A stretch of 64,000 nt of DNA from Desulfobacterales bacterium (GCA_046483495.1 JAWODC010000090.1:1-64000), one strand, 5' to 3'. Shown: positions 18,201-27,254, counted from the stretch's first letter. Made by a program: numbers and translations. The notes: generated by a model from the letters alone, not told the origin.

Positions 18201-19172
18201 ATGGAAGATCAGGTATTGGTCACCGACATTCAAAAATTTGCCGTAAACGACGGGCCCGGTTTTCGAACCAACGTGTTCTTAAAAGGCTGCCCGATGTCAT
18301 GCCATTGGTGCCATAACCCGGAAACCATCGCACCCTATCCCGAAATATACTGGAAAAGCAGGCTCTGTCACCAGTGCGGGGCATGCCTCGAGGCCTGCCC
18401 CAACGAGGCGATTTATCCCCCTATTCCCCTTGACCAAACCCAGGATGAAAACGTCTCGTACCACAAAATAAACAGAAGCCGCTGTGACCGCTGTTTCAAA
18501 TGCGTGGAGGCATGCCCCTACGGCGCCCTGTCGATTGTCGGAAAACCGATGAGCATCGAAGAGATTCTCACAGAGGTGGAAAAAGACCGGATGTTTTACG
18601 AAAACTCCGGGGGCGGGATGACCCTGAGCGGGGGGGAACCCACTTCCCACCCGGCTTTCTCGAAAGAACTTTTGATTGCGGCAAAAAAAAGCGGGATTCA
18701 CACGTGTCTCGACACGAACGGGTTCTGTGCACAAGCGGTTCTGGAAAACCTGCTCCCCTATGTCGATATCGTTTTGTTCGACATCAAGCACATCGATGCC
18801 GCCAAGCACGAGAACGCCACCGGCGTGAGCAACGATATCGTTTTAGCGAACTTATCCATGCTCCTTACGACAGGGAAAGAAGTATGGGTTCGCATACCCG
18901 TCATTCCGGGATTCAACAACACGATGGACTTTCATGAAGCGGCATCGGACTACCTGTATCATCTCAAGGGGAATATCGCCAGAGTGGACCTGCTTCCGTA
19001 TCACAATTACTGCCAGGACAAGTATGCATGGCTGGGAATCGACTGGGTGTTGAAGGAGGCGGAAGCCATCGAGCCGTCGTTTCTGGAGATTCCGGCGGAT
19101 GTATATCGGCAGAAAGGATTTTATACCACGATTGGAGGCTCCGGCTTCGAGAATGTGTCCTCATTCGGCTAA
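18201..19172 (+). CDS. assD: Glycyl-radical enzyme activating enzyme (AssD/MasG)
   Basis: DGPGFRTNVFLKGCPMSCHWCHNPE, two ferredoxin motifs (CHQCGACLEACP, CDRCFKCVEACP), and GGMTLSGGEP. Confidence 0.93.
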   Translation: MEDQVLVTDIQKFAVNDGPGFRTNVFLKGCPMSCHWCHNPETIAPYPEIYWKSRLCHQCGACLEACPNEAIYPPIPLDQTQDENVSYHKINRSRCDRCFKCVEACPYGALSIVGKPMSIEEILTEVEKDRMFYENSGGGMTLSGGEPTSHPAFSKELLIAAKKSGIHTCLDTNGFCAQAVLENLLPYVDIVLFDIKHIDAAKHENATGVSNDIVLANLSMLLTTGKEVWVRIPVIPGFNNTMDFHEAASDYLYHLKGNIARVDLLPYHNYCQDKYAWLGIDWVLKEAEAIEPSFLEIPADVYRQKGFYTTIGGSGFENVSSFG

Positions 19173-19233
19173 AAACCCGTGAGTCTCAAGTTCGAAGCCG
19201 GAATTGCATCAATAAACATCAGGGAGGTAAACC

Positions 19234-19608
19234 ATGTCCAGAAGAGATAAATGGCGTCAAGTGAGGGACAGTATCACCATGTCCAAGGGAGAAATGGGCA
19301 AAACGCTCGAAGAGCGGGAAAACATGCCGGCCAAGGCATGCGGCTACTGCAAGAACTTCTTCGAAAATGCGTATAACGCAGACGGCCGCGGTTCCTGCAA
19401 GATCCTTAAAATGGGGTCCGACCTGAAAGCAGACCCGCCGGTATTCGTGTTGGAGGGCGACACAGGCCTGATCTGTTACATCAACACCAATGCAGAGAAC
19501 TGCCCTTATTATGATCGAATGGAGCTCATCGACACGGATCTCGGCGAAATTACAGACCCGGCATACCGGCGCAGCCACCGAATTATGGAAAAGCGAAATG
19601 GGAGATAA
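19234..19608 (+). CDS. masB: (1-methylalkyl)succinate synthase beta-type subunit (MasB/AssB)
   Basis: MSRRDKW...ACGYCKNFFENAYNADGRGSCKILK.GSD...CP.Y.RMELIDTD...DP..RR matches MasB as I recall it. SD GGGAGG. Confidence 0.88.
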   Translation: MSRRDKWRQVRDSITMSKGEMGKTLEERENMPAKACGYCKNFFENAYNADGRGSCKILKMGSDLKADPPVFVLEGDTGLICYINTNAENCPYYDRMELIDTDLGEITDPAYRRSHRIMEKRNGR

Positions 19609-19687
19609 GTACTTGCCGGGTTTTTGATAATTCGCCTTATGAGCTGTGAACTTTCAGCCTCGAGTGTCTTTAAACGAAGAGGAGCTT

Positions 19688-20026
19688 ATGGATCTAACAT
19701 GCCACAAGTGCGGCTTTACGGCCGACCACGTCGAGTTCCGGTATCTGTGCAAATCCGGTTGACCGGCTTGCGGAGAGGCCGATCTCCGCGTGTGCCCCGG
19801 TTGCGGCACAGAATTGCTGTTTTCAAGAGCTGAAGCCTTGGAAAATGAAGATGAACAGATGAAAGAACTCTCGAAACGGCTTGCCGTGATACAAAAAGAA
19901 GACGATCCGGTACGGTTGCGGGAAGCAAAAGCGATTATCACCAAACTGCAGCAGATGAATATCCGGTGGAACATTCCTCAATTGGATGATTTCCTGAAGC
20001 AGCGGCAAAAAGACCTCTTTTTCTGA
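19688..20026 (+). CDS. Putative selenoprotein: MasE-like metal-binding domain with CxxxUxxC insert plus helical C-terminus, 112 aa
   Basis: SD AGAGGAG before ATG 19688. Reads MDLTCHKCGFTADHVEFRYLCKSG-(TGA 19760-62)-PACGEADLRVCPGCG... in frame with track ORF 19790..20026. Similarity to MasE lies on both sides of the TGA. Confidence 0.8.
19761..19802 (+). promoter_or_regulatory. Candidate bacterial SECIS hairpin
   Basis: Perfect 7-bp stem GCGGAGA(19770-76)/TCTCCGC(19783-89) with G-starting loop GGCCGA, plus lower stem GACCGG(19761-66)/CCGGTT(19797-802). Confidence 0.65.
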
Positions 20027-20082
20027 AGCTATCTCGAATAGGTTCCAATCTCACCGGATCACGACAGCAAAAGGTAAACACT

Positions 20083-20931
20083 ATGAGCAATTTTGAAGCG
20101 AGCCTCTCCATCCCGAAGCCCGAGGAGCATTTTTTTCTTCCCGAACATGTCATCGACAACCTGGAGCGGATAAAACGGCTGGCCGAACGGCATCCCGTCA
20201 ATGTTCTCGTCACGGGGAAGCAGGGCTGCGGAAAATCCACCATGGTCAGGCAGTTTGCAGCCCGAAACAACAGGCCAATGGCTGTCTTTCAGATCGGCAT
20301 TTTGTCCGAACCCGGGCAGCTTTTCGGCGAGTATCAATTAAGGGACGGCAAAACCGTTTACCGCAAGTTTCTATTCCCCCAGGCGATTCAGACCCCGGGA
20401 TGCGTCATTCACCTGGAAGAAATCAACAGGCCTGAAAATCCAAAGGCGCTGAACATGCTGTTTTCGGTCCTTTCGGAAGATCGTCGGGTGTGGATGGATG
20501 AACTCGGCCTGATCGAGGTCGCCGATGAAGTGACATTTTTCGCCACCCTGAACGAAGGGGAAGAATTCGTGGGTACGGAAATGCTGGACGCCGCCCTGCG
20601 GGACCGGTTTTACGTGACCATGCTGGATTACCTTCCGGCTGATATCGAAACCAGGGTGCTTCATCTGAAAACCGGCATCGAAGAGGCGGAAGCATTGACC
20701 ATCGTCAATATAGCAAACAAACTTCGAAACAACACGCAGGAACCGATTGTCGTCTCCACCCGTCATACCTTGATGATCGCCGAACTCGCTGCGGTCGGCG
20801 CTTCCACGAAAGACGCGTTTATCAACAGCCTGCAGCTCAGCCGGGATATCATTGAATCCGTTCTTTTGTCCCTGCATTCCGAACTGGGCATGACCGGCGC
20901 GGGGGGGCGGAATGCATACCGTATATACTGA
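20083..20931 (+). CDS. MoxR/CbbQ/NirQ-type AAA+ ATPase (AssE/BssE-like)
   Basis: Walker A GKQGCGKST, Walker B IHLEEINR, LDAALRDRF, VSTR. Confidence 0.88.
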   Translation: MSNFEASLSIPKPEEHFFLPEHVIDNLERIKRLAERHPVNVLVTGKQGCGKSTMVRQFAARNNRPMAVFQIGILSEPGQLFGEYQLRDGKTVYRKFLFPQAIQTPGCVIHLEEINRPENPKALNMLFSVLSEDRRVWMDELGLIEVADEVTFFATLNEGEEFVGTEMLDAALRDRFYVTMLDYLPADIETRVLHLKTGIEEAEALTIVNIANKLRNNTQEPIVVSTRHTLMIAELAAVGASTKDAFINSLQLSRDIIESVLLSLHSELGMTGAGGRNAYRIY

Positions 20932-20955
20932 TTTTCTGCAGGCAGGCGTAATGTC

Positions 20956-22638
20956 ATGACTACCGGCATCTCAGAATTCTGGCGGAAAAACACTTCTCCG
21001 ATCGAAGCCGTCGAACTGGCCAACGTGCTTCGGGCGCTTCGAAAGGTCTCCGGGTACCTGGGTGAAAACATCGGCACCATCGAATATGCCGGCATGTCCC
21101 GGCGGCAGGGGTCCGGTATTGTTTTGGACCCGGAGCTCGCCATGGGGCAATACCCGTTGCCGTTCAGTCAAATGGATTACCTGGTCGGGTTGGTGACCCA
21201 TGAAGCCCTTCATAGGGTCGAGTGGAGCGATCATGTGTGGAAGATATTGGAACCCGTATTTCAAGAGATGGGGCCGATGGCCATGGTACGTTTTCAGAAG
21301 ATCGTTCATTTCGGCGAAGATATTTATGTGGATATCGTGGCCGACAAGAAAATCTTTGGACGCTATGTGCGAAAACTCCGCGATCGCATCATAACGGAAA
21401 TCGCCTCGGCCGTGCCGTCCGGCAAAGCATCGCTCGATGAACTGGTTTATATCTGGTGGGCGGAATACCATACACGCGCTTCCGAAGACCCCCCGATTCG
21501 CGATGAATACAAAAGGTCCATCACCATACTGAATCATCTCACCGAGGAATTGATCTCGGTGAGCCGCCTCGAAAAAGGTGCCACCGCACGTTGTGAAAAA
21601 CGCGCCGAACTGTATGCCGATGCATTCCGGCAAATCGAACATACGGGCACCCCCCTCTATGTCCATGACAAGAAGCTGTACTGGTACCCCTCAGCCGCAT
21701 CTCCTTTCGCCTGTGAATCCGCCGGACGTAAGAAGGGAGAAAAACCGGCACCTTCGATCCCGAAGGATGTTTTGAACGAAATCGAGCTTCAGCTTGCCGG
21801 GTCTTCCATTGACATGACACCGATTATTCAGTCCATTGTCGGTTACGACAACGAAGACGTCATCCCAACCTCCCGTTGGGATTTTACCGTCAGCGCGCAC
21901 CCGATGATCGACCGCAGGATCGTCTCACGCCTGAAAGCCGCCTTCCGGCAATATGCCGGCCGGAATAAAATCATCAGCCGCGGACTTCCCAGCGGAAAGA
22001 TCGATCGTCGCCGGCTGTACCGCGCGGCAACCACCGGGCGCTGCTTTCAGCAGCATGACGATTTTCCCAACCTCGACTGGAATGTCACGCTGCTGATGGA
22101 TGCCAGCGGTTCGATGCGGGGAAACAAGTGGCGCATGGTTGAAAACACCGTTGCCAATATTCACAAGGCCTTGACCGGTTTTCACAACCATCTGCAAGCC
22201 CTGGCCTATTTTGAAAAAGACGGCATCCTGATGATCTCCCAGCTGATCCGGAACAATCGCATCCAATCGGTGCCTCCCAGCGGCCTGACTGCATCGGGCC
22301 AGGCCATTATCGCCGCGGCCTGGCTCATGCCGAAAAGAAGAAAGCGCAACATTCTCATTCACGTAACGGACGGAGAATCCAACCTGGGATGCGACGTGCA
22401 ATACGGCATCGACTATTGCCGCAAGGCGCATATCGACCTGATCACACTGGGATGCGGCTACAAGGACCGGGACGCCATGATCCGCCAGTATGGAAAGTCC
22501 ATCCAGTTTCTGGATCACTTCGGCCAACTGGCCCGGGCCATGGAGCGGCTGCTCAAATGGACGTTTATTTACGGAAAAAGACCGAACCTGAATGAAAAAG
22601 GAGAGATGGCGTTTTTAACGCAACGATCCACCGGTTGA
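20956..22638 (+). CDS. VWA-domain partner of the AAA+ ATPase (AssF/BssF-like)
   Basis: MIDAS motif MDASGSM, IHVTDG, SGKIDRRRLYR, and N-terminal HEALH (HExxH). Confidence 0.85.
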   Translation: MTTGISEFWRKNTSPIEAVELANVLRALRKVSGYLGENIGTIEYAGMSRRQGSGIVLDPELAMGQYPLPFSQMDYLVGLVTHEALHRVEWSDHVWKILEPVFQEMGPMAMVRFQKIVHFGEDIYVDIVADKKIFGRYVRKLRDRIITEIASAVPSGKASLDELVYIWWAEYHTRASEDPPIRDEYKRSITILNHLTEELISVSRLEKGATARCEKRAELYADAFRQIEHTGTPLYVHDKKLYWYPSAASPFACESAGRKKGEKPAPSIPKDVLNEIELQLAGSSIDMTPIIQSIVGYDNEDVIPTSRWDFTVSAHPMIDRRIVSRLKAAFRQYAGRNKIISRGLPSGKIDRRRLYRAATTGRCFQQHDDFPNLDWNVTLLMDASGSMRGNKWRMVENTVANIHKALTGFHNHLQALAYFEKDGILMISQLIRNNRIQSVPPSGLTASGQAIIAAAWLMPKRRKRNILIHVTDGESNLGCDVQYGIDYCRKAHIDLITLGCGYKDRDAMIRQYGKSIQFLDHFGQLARAMERLLKWTFIYGKRPNLNEKGEMAFLTQRSTG

Positions 22639-22738
22639 ATGTTGAAGCGCCCGCTGAAACTGCTTTCCCGTGTGGTGTAACACGAAAAGGCATCCATTTT
22701 GTTTCGAATTTCGTGCTTTTATTTTTATGGGGGTGTAT

Positions 22739-23011
22739 ATGCCGGTTACGATTTACATTCCGGGATCATTGTCCGACTGGCTGGGCGGAAAGGATGAAGC
22801 CGTGTGTTCCGGCGGCACCATCAAAGAGTGTCTTGCCCATGTCGACAAGGTGCATGCCGGATTTTTAAATCGCATCTCAGACGGCTCCGGGAATCCGGCC
22901 GGCGTAATCGTTTTTCTCAACGGAGAAAATATCAACAATCTCCTTGGATTCGAGACGCCGGTGAAAAACGGTGATCAAATCGGCATCATTCCGCTGGCAG
23001 CGGGAGGGTAA
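22739..23011 (+). CDS. MoaD/ThiS family ubiquitin-like sulfur carrier
   Basis: IVFLNGENI...VKNGDQIGIIPLAAGG with C-terminal GG. Confidence 0.9.
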   Translation: MPVTIYIPGSLSDWLGGKDEAVCSGGTIKECLAHVDKVHAGFLNRISDGSGNPAGVIVFLNGENINNLLGFETPVKNGDQIGIIPLAAGG

Positions 23012-23013
23012 GC

Positions 23014-23535
23014 ATGATTATCGATGACCCGAATTCCCATTTCATATTTGTCTACCATCCGTTCGTGCTCATGGGAAAACGATACACCACCCACCGGGGA
23101 AAGGAATTGACAAACGCTGAAGTCCTGAAATACTGGGGCAAGTGGATTATTCTCGGAAAAAAAGAACAGCTGGACGACCTGGCAACGAAGCTTGATCCCT
23201 ATGTCGAGGAGAAAAAAATACCCTGCATCAAGTATGACCGGAATCCGTCCGCCAATCTCGGCGTAAATGAATGCGTTTTCATGGTGTACTGTGACCGGCG
23301 CGATCGTGACAATGTCTGGCAGATTCTTTCCCGATTCGGCATAAAGATGAAAGCATGGGTAACCGAAAAAGAAACCATGGAGCTGTGGATGCCTGGAAGC
23401 CCCCTGCTGGAACGGTGGATGGAATCCAAAGGATTCGACGAGACGTCAAAGGCGCTGATTCGAAAGGATGCCAAGGAACGGCTGTCGCGAATCTTCGACA
23501 ACCCGGATGCCGTATTCACCGGCTGGGAGCAGTGA
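23014..23535 (+). CDS. Hypothetical protein, last gene of the ass/mas operon
   Basis: 173-aa ORF 2 bp after moaD with globular, Trp-rich composition (YWGKWII, CIKYDR, MVYCD). No family recognised. Confidence 0.8.
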   Translation: MIIDDPNSHFIFVYHPFVLMGKRYTTHRGKELTNAEVLKYWGKWIILGKKEQLDDLATKLDPYVEEKKIPCIKYDRNPSANLGVNECVFMVYCDRRDRDNVWQILSRFGIKMKAWVTEKETMELWMPGSPLLERWMESKGFDETSKALIRKDAKERLSRIFDNPDAVFTGWEQ

Positions 23536-23539
23536 GGCG

Positions 23540-24325
23540 TCAGTCCTCATTGATGCGTATCCAGATATCCGATGCCGCACGAAACGCCGGTGAATCATCG
23601 GGCAGTTCCAATAACGGCCGCGCCTCGAGATCGAAACGGGTTACAAAACCGTCTTCCGGAATACACCCGAAAAGATCAAGCCCCGTCTTTTCGACATACG
23701 GCTTGATTGCGTCTTCTTCACCCCGCACCCGGTTCAAGACCAAGCCCATGCGTTTATAGCTGAAGGCCTTTTGATGGGACGCGATAACGCTTCTGATAAG
23801 AGCCGCGGTCTGAAGCCCTCGATTGGACATGTCCGATACGATGACCGGCGTGTCCACCCGCCTCATCACCTGGCGGTTGATTTGTTCGACCCCCGCCTCG
23901 CCGTCGATAATGATGATGTCGTAATTTGCGGCAAGCGTCTCGATGCCGCTTCTCAAAAAATCATTGACCGGGCAATAGCACCCAAGGGATTCCGGCCTCC
24001 CCATCACCAGAAGACTGAACCGGTCTGCCTCGATCAGCGCTTCGAACAGCATGTAATCCAACGAACGGGCAAGGTCTTCCTTCTCGGTTCTACCGGCCGT
24101 TCGGGCCCTGCTGATAATGTTTTCCCGTATGTCATTGATGGTTTTTTCAGGCGTTATCCCCAGCACCGGTGACAAATTCATCGTGGGGTCGGCATCGATC
24201 ACCAGAAGACGCTTTTTTTCGTTCTGGAGGACGTATTTGGTCAACAGTCCAACCAGTGCCGTTTTCCCGCTACCGCCTTTGCCGCATACGGCAATCAGTG
24301 CTTTATGACCGGCCGTTGTTTCCAT
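23540..24325 (-). CDS. CooC/AcsF-type ATPase
   Basis: GKGGSGKT, VIDADP, MGRPESLGCYCPVN, DGEAGVEQINR. Confidence 0.9.
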   Translation of the reverse strand: METTAGHKALIAVCGKGGSGKTALVGLLTKYVLQNEKKRLLVIDADPTMNLSPVLGITPEKTINDIRENIISRARTAGRTEKEDLARSLDYMLFEALIEADRFSLLVMGRPESLGCYCPVNDFLRSGIETLAANYDIIIIDGEAGVEQINRQVMRRVDTPVIVSDMSNRGLQTAALIRSVIASHQKAFSYKRMGLVLNRVRGEEDAIKPYVEKTGLDLFGCIPEDGFVTRFDLEARPLLELPDDSPAFRAASDIWIRINED

Positions 24326-24336
24326 ATCTTTCCGAT

Positions 24337-25167
24337 CTACTCGTGCTTTTCGATCGTCACCTCGTCTTTGCCGAAGGTGATGACCCGGTCGCCTTTCCGG
24401 ATATTGATGACGTCCCGTATGTTATCGCAGACCACCTGCTCGGGACAGGTCCGGCAATCCTGCTCCTGGGTACACTCATAATCGCCGTCCGGCCGCAGGG
24501 TGAACGTCTCGAGCTTTTTCCTTTTTGCCCTGGCGGCATCCAGAATGTCATCCAGCTGTTCGATGTCCCCTTTCGCACCGGTGGCAAAATAGATTTCGCA
24601 GGCGCTCACGCCGTCACAGCCGTATTTGACGGCCTCGACCACCCGCGCTCCGAGATGCTTTAAGGAAAATCCCCGTCGGGCGGCGTCTTTGCTGACACGT
24701 GCCCAAATCACATTGGGAACACTTCGAATCATATACCCGTCATCCTGGGCCGACGCATAGGCGATGCGGTCTATCTTTGAAGCCGTTTCGTCGAGAACCG
24801 CCGTTGCCTGTGATTCCGCCATGCCGGTCAGACCGGGAATGGCGGCGATTATGATCTGCCCGAATGCCGATCGCGCGTGATGCATTTCCAAAATATCCGG
24901 TCCGGTCAGGGTAATGCGTCCGTCAACGACAAGATCGGCGTTTCGGGTGGCGAGAGAAGCGCTGCAGGACCCGGCTGAAGGGTGACCCAGTTCCAGGTAG
25001 GTGTCTTCCTTCAAGATAATGTTCACCGCCGAATCGCGCTTACCGGATGCACTGCGAATGCCCGCAGCGCCGGTATCGGCGATGGTGTACGACCGGGCGT
25101 TTCCGCCGGGCCGCCGTTTGTCGTACCATTGCCGGATCTCGGCGATGGTGTCATCGAAGATATCCAA
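24337..25167 (-). CDS. CODH/acetyl-CoA synthase beta-subunit-related small protein with C-terminal Cys cluster
   Basis: ILKEDTYLELGHP, DGRITLTGPDI, GYMIRSVP..IWARVSK, C-x4-C-x2-C-x5-C. TTG start. Confidence 0.65.
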   Translation of the reverse strand: MDIFDDTIAEIRQWYDKRRPGGNARSYTIADTGAAGIRSASGKRDSAVNIILKEDTYLELGHPSAGSCSASLATRNADLVVDGRITLTGPDILEMHHARSAFGQIIIAAIPGLTGMAESQATAVLDETASKIDRIAYASAQDDGYMIRSVPNVIWARVSKDAARRGFSLKHLGARVVEAVKYGCDGVSACEIYFATGAKGDIEQLDDILDAARAKRKKLETFTLRPDGDYECTQEQDCRTCPEQVVCDNIRDVINIRKGDRVITFGKDEVTIEKHE

Positions 25168-25184
25168 CGACCGAATCCTCTCTA

Positions 25185-25326
25185 GTGTCCATCCAGAAAT
25201 GGCTGATTCGCTTCATTTCGGCGTTGGCCGGTAAATTTTAATCCTCAAAATACTCAAGTATTCCTGTGGTTAAAATTTACCGGCCGCCTTGAACTGAATC
25301 GAATTTTCTCATTTCCGGATGGACAC
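25185..25326 (+). mobile_element. MITE-like element, copy 1 (142 bp)
   Basis: TIRs GTGTCCATCCAGAAATG / CATTTCCGGATGGACAC flanked by a TCTCTA direct repeat (25179-84, 25327-32). Similar copies at 43611 and 62507. Confidence 0.85.
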
Positions 25327-25709
25327 TCTCTAATGTATGGATGTCAAAGGGACGGCGAGGGGTTGTAAAAGCTGCCTCGACATAATCGTTTGTCCCGATA
25401 TCTACGTTGGAACCCCATGTGATGCCGCCTTGTTATACTCCCAGATGTGCGGTCCAAAGTCAATGACTTTTCATCCAAATAATACTACCCGTTCCAAAAT
25501 TGCGACAGACGAACCTGCCGGCCGTGATGCGATTGGAATAGGATAAAGTGTCCGACGTATCGGCATCGCCGTTACTATCCAAATCAGATTTATTTGGTAT
25601 CTAATATGGAGGTCCAATCGCGATCGAACCGCTATCCAATCGATAGTTTCATTCGGGCGATATCTTCCAGGGATAACACGAAATAAGGCAAGAAACCTTG
25701 CATTTTTTC

Positions 25710-25738
25710 TTGACACTCACAGGGTTTTAGAGTAGTCT
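25710..25738 (+). promoter_or_regulatory. Putative sigma70 promoter for the dehydratase/reductase operon
   Basis: TTGACA-N17-TAGTCT, about 385 bp upstream of 26123. Confidence 0.55.
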
Positions 25739-26122
25739 TCAATCAACGATTTTTCTTATTAGACTGGCAATCTCATTTCCTTTCTGATTCGGACTCTCGA
25801 TATAAGCGCTGATACTTGGGACACGCCGATCTTTTCGGCGGATCGGCTCACGGCATGCACGATGCAAAAAGATGATCCATCAGGTTGGAAAGGGCGTTCG
25901 TCCGATACAGCTTTGTACTACAATCGGCATGCATTGAAATGCTTACCTCTGGCTGCTGAGTTTTTTTACCCTTTTTTACAGCCGTTTTTCTCCGATCCAT
26001 GGAAATGGGAACTTCTTCTTTTTTGATATCTTTTCCGTTCGTTCTCCGGTCGATGCAGGTTTATACAATACCGGCGATTCGGAGATCCCATAACCGGAAT
26101 TTCAGGCAAAGGAGGTTGTGAC

Positions 26123-27253
26123 GTGAACGCTTTTGAGGAACTGAAGACGGTGTCCGGGACACTGAAGAATCACTACGTGGATGAGTGGAAAGCACAGGGC
26201 AGGAAAGTGATCGGGTATGCCTGCACCTATCTGCCCGAAGAACTGCTCTACGCAATGGATATGCTGCCCTATCGCATTACCGGACGCGGCATCACCGATA
26301 CATCACAGGCCGATTCATACATGTCCCGGGTGAACTGCAGTTTTGTCCGCTGTTGTCTCGAAGCGGCGCTCGAATCGAAATTCGATTTTTTGGATGGGGT
26401 AATATTCATCAACGGGTGCGACCACATCCGGCGATGCTATGAAAACTGGGCCGTCCATGACATTGCCGCACGGCCCTTTATGCACATTCTTCCTGTTCCC
26501 CACCGCATTTCGGAGCCGGGATTTGCCTGGTTTACGGAAGAAGTCACTCGAATGAAGGAAGCCCTGGAAAAGCGGTTTGCCGCAAGAATTTCACCCGATG
26601 CGCTCAGCCGGGCGATTTCCGTATATAACGAGACCCGGCGCCTCCTCAGACAAATGTACGACTTGAGGGCATCGGATTCACCGCCGTTTACCGGCGCTCA
26701 AGCCCTCACCATTACCACGGCATCCAACCTGATGCCCAGGGAATCCTTCAATCGGCTATTGTCCGAACTCCTCGAGGAAAGCGCCAAGTCGCCGCCGGCC
26801 AAAAACGACAAGACACGGCTGGTTATCGCCGGCAGTTTAATGGACGATCCGGAGTTTATCGAAAATGTGGAAGACCTCGGCGCCGTGGTCGTGTCGGATT
26901 CACTTTGCTTCGGTGCACGGTCCTTCTGGAACCTGACCCCGGAAACCGGTGATCCTTTTGAAGCGCTCTGCCGTCGTTACTATGAACATGAGCCCTGCCC
27001 CCGGATGTCCGGCGACTACAAGCGCCGGCTGGCGTTTCTGATGGATCAGATCGAGAGGTCCCGTGCCGACGGCGCCGTTCTGGAATACATCAAATTCTGC
27101 GATCAGCATGGCACGGACAACGCGCTGTTGAAGCACCACCTCCAAAAAGAGCACATACCCGTCATCGAACTGGAAAGGCAGTATGGGCCCCTGGCCGACG
27201 CCGGTCGCGTAAGAACCAGAATTCAAGCGTTTCTTGAAAGGATTGGTGATTAA
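26123..27253 (+). CDS. 2-hydroxyacyl-CoA dehydratase / benzoyl-CoA reductase subunit (HgdB/BzdN-like)
   Basis: IGYACTYLPEEL, CSFVRC, NGCDHIRR, KFCD, RVRTRIQAFLE. GTG start with SD AGGAGG. Confidence 0.9.
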   Translation: MNAFEELKTVSGTLKNHYVDEWKAQGRKVIGYACTYLPEELLYAMDMLPYRITGRGITDTSQADSYMSRVNCSFVRCCLEAALESKFDFLDGVIFINGCDHIRRCYENWAVHDIAARPFMHILPVPHRISEPGFAWFTEEVTRMKEALEKRFAARISPDALSRAISVYNETRRLLRQMYDLRASDSPPFTGAQALTITTASNLMPRESFNRLLSELLEESAKSPPAKNDKTRLVIAGSLMDDPEFIENVEDLGAVVVSDSLCFGARSFWNLTPETGDPFEALCRRYYEHEPCPRMSGDYKRRLAFLMDQIERSRADGAVLEYIKFCDQHGTDNALLKHHLQKEHIPVIELERQYGPLADAGRVRTRIQAFLERIGD

Positions 27254-27254
27254 C

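Noticed and set aside
19790..20026. Track ORF of 78 aa as a stand-alone gene
   Set aside because: Its GTG has no good SD and starts mid-domain. The upstream in-frame segment has a strong SD and MasE similarity, so it is better read as one gene from 19688.
25185..25326. CRISPR repeat or tRNA
   Set aside because: Copies are dispersed, ~142 bp long with TIRs, and show no spacer array or cloverleaf.
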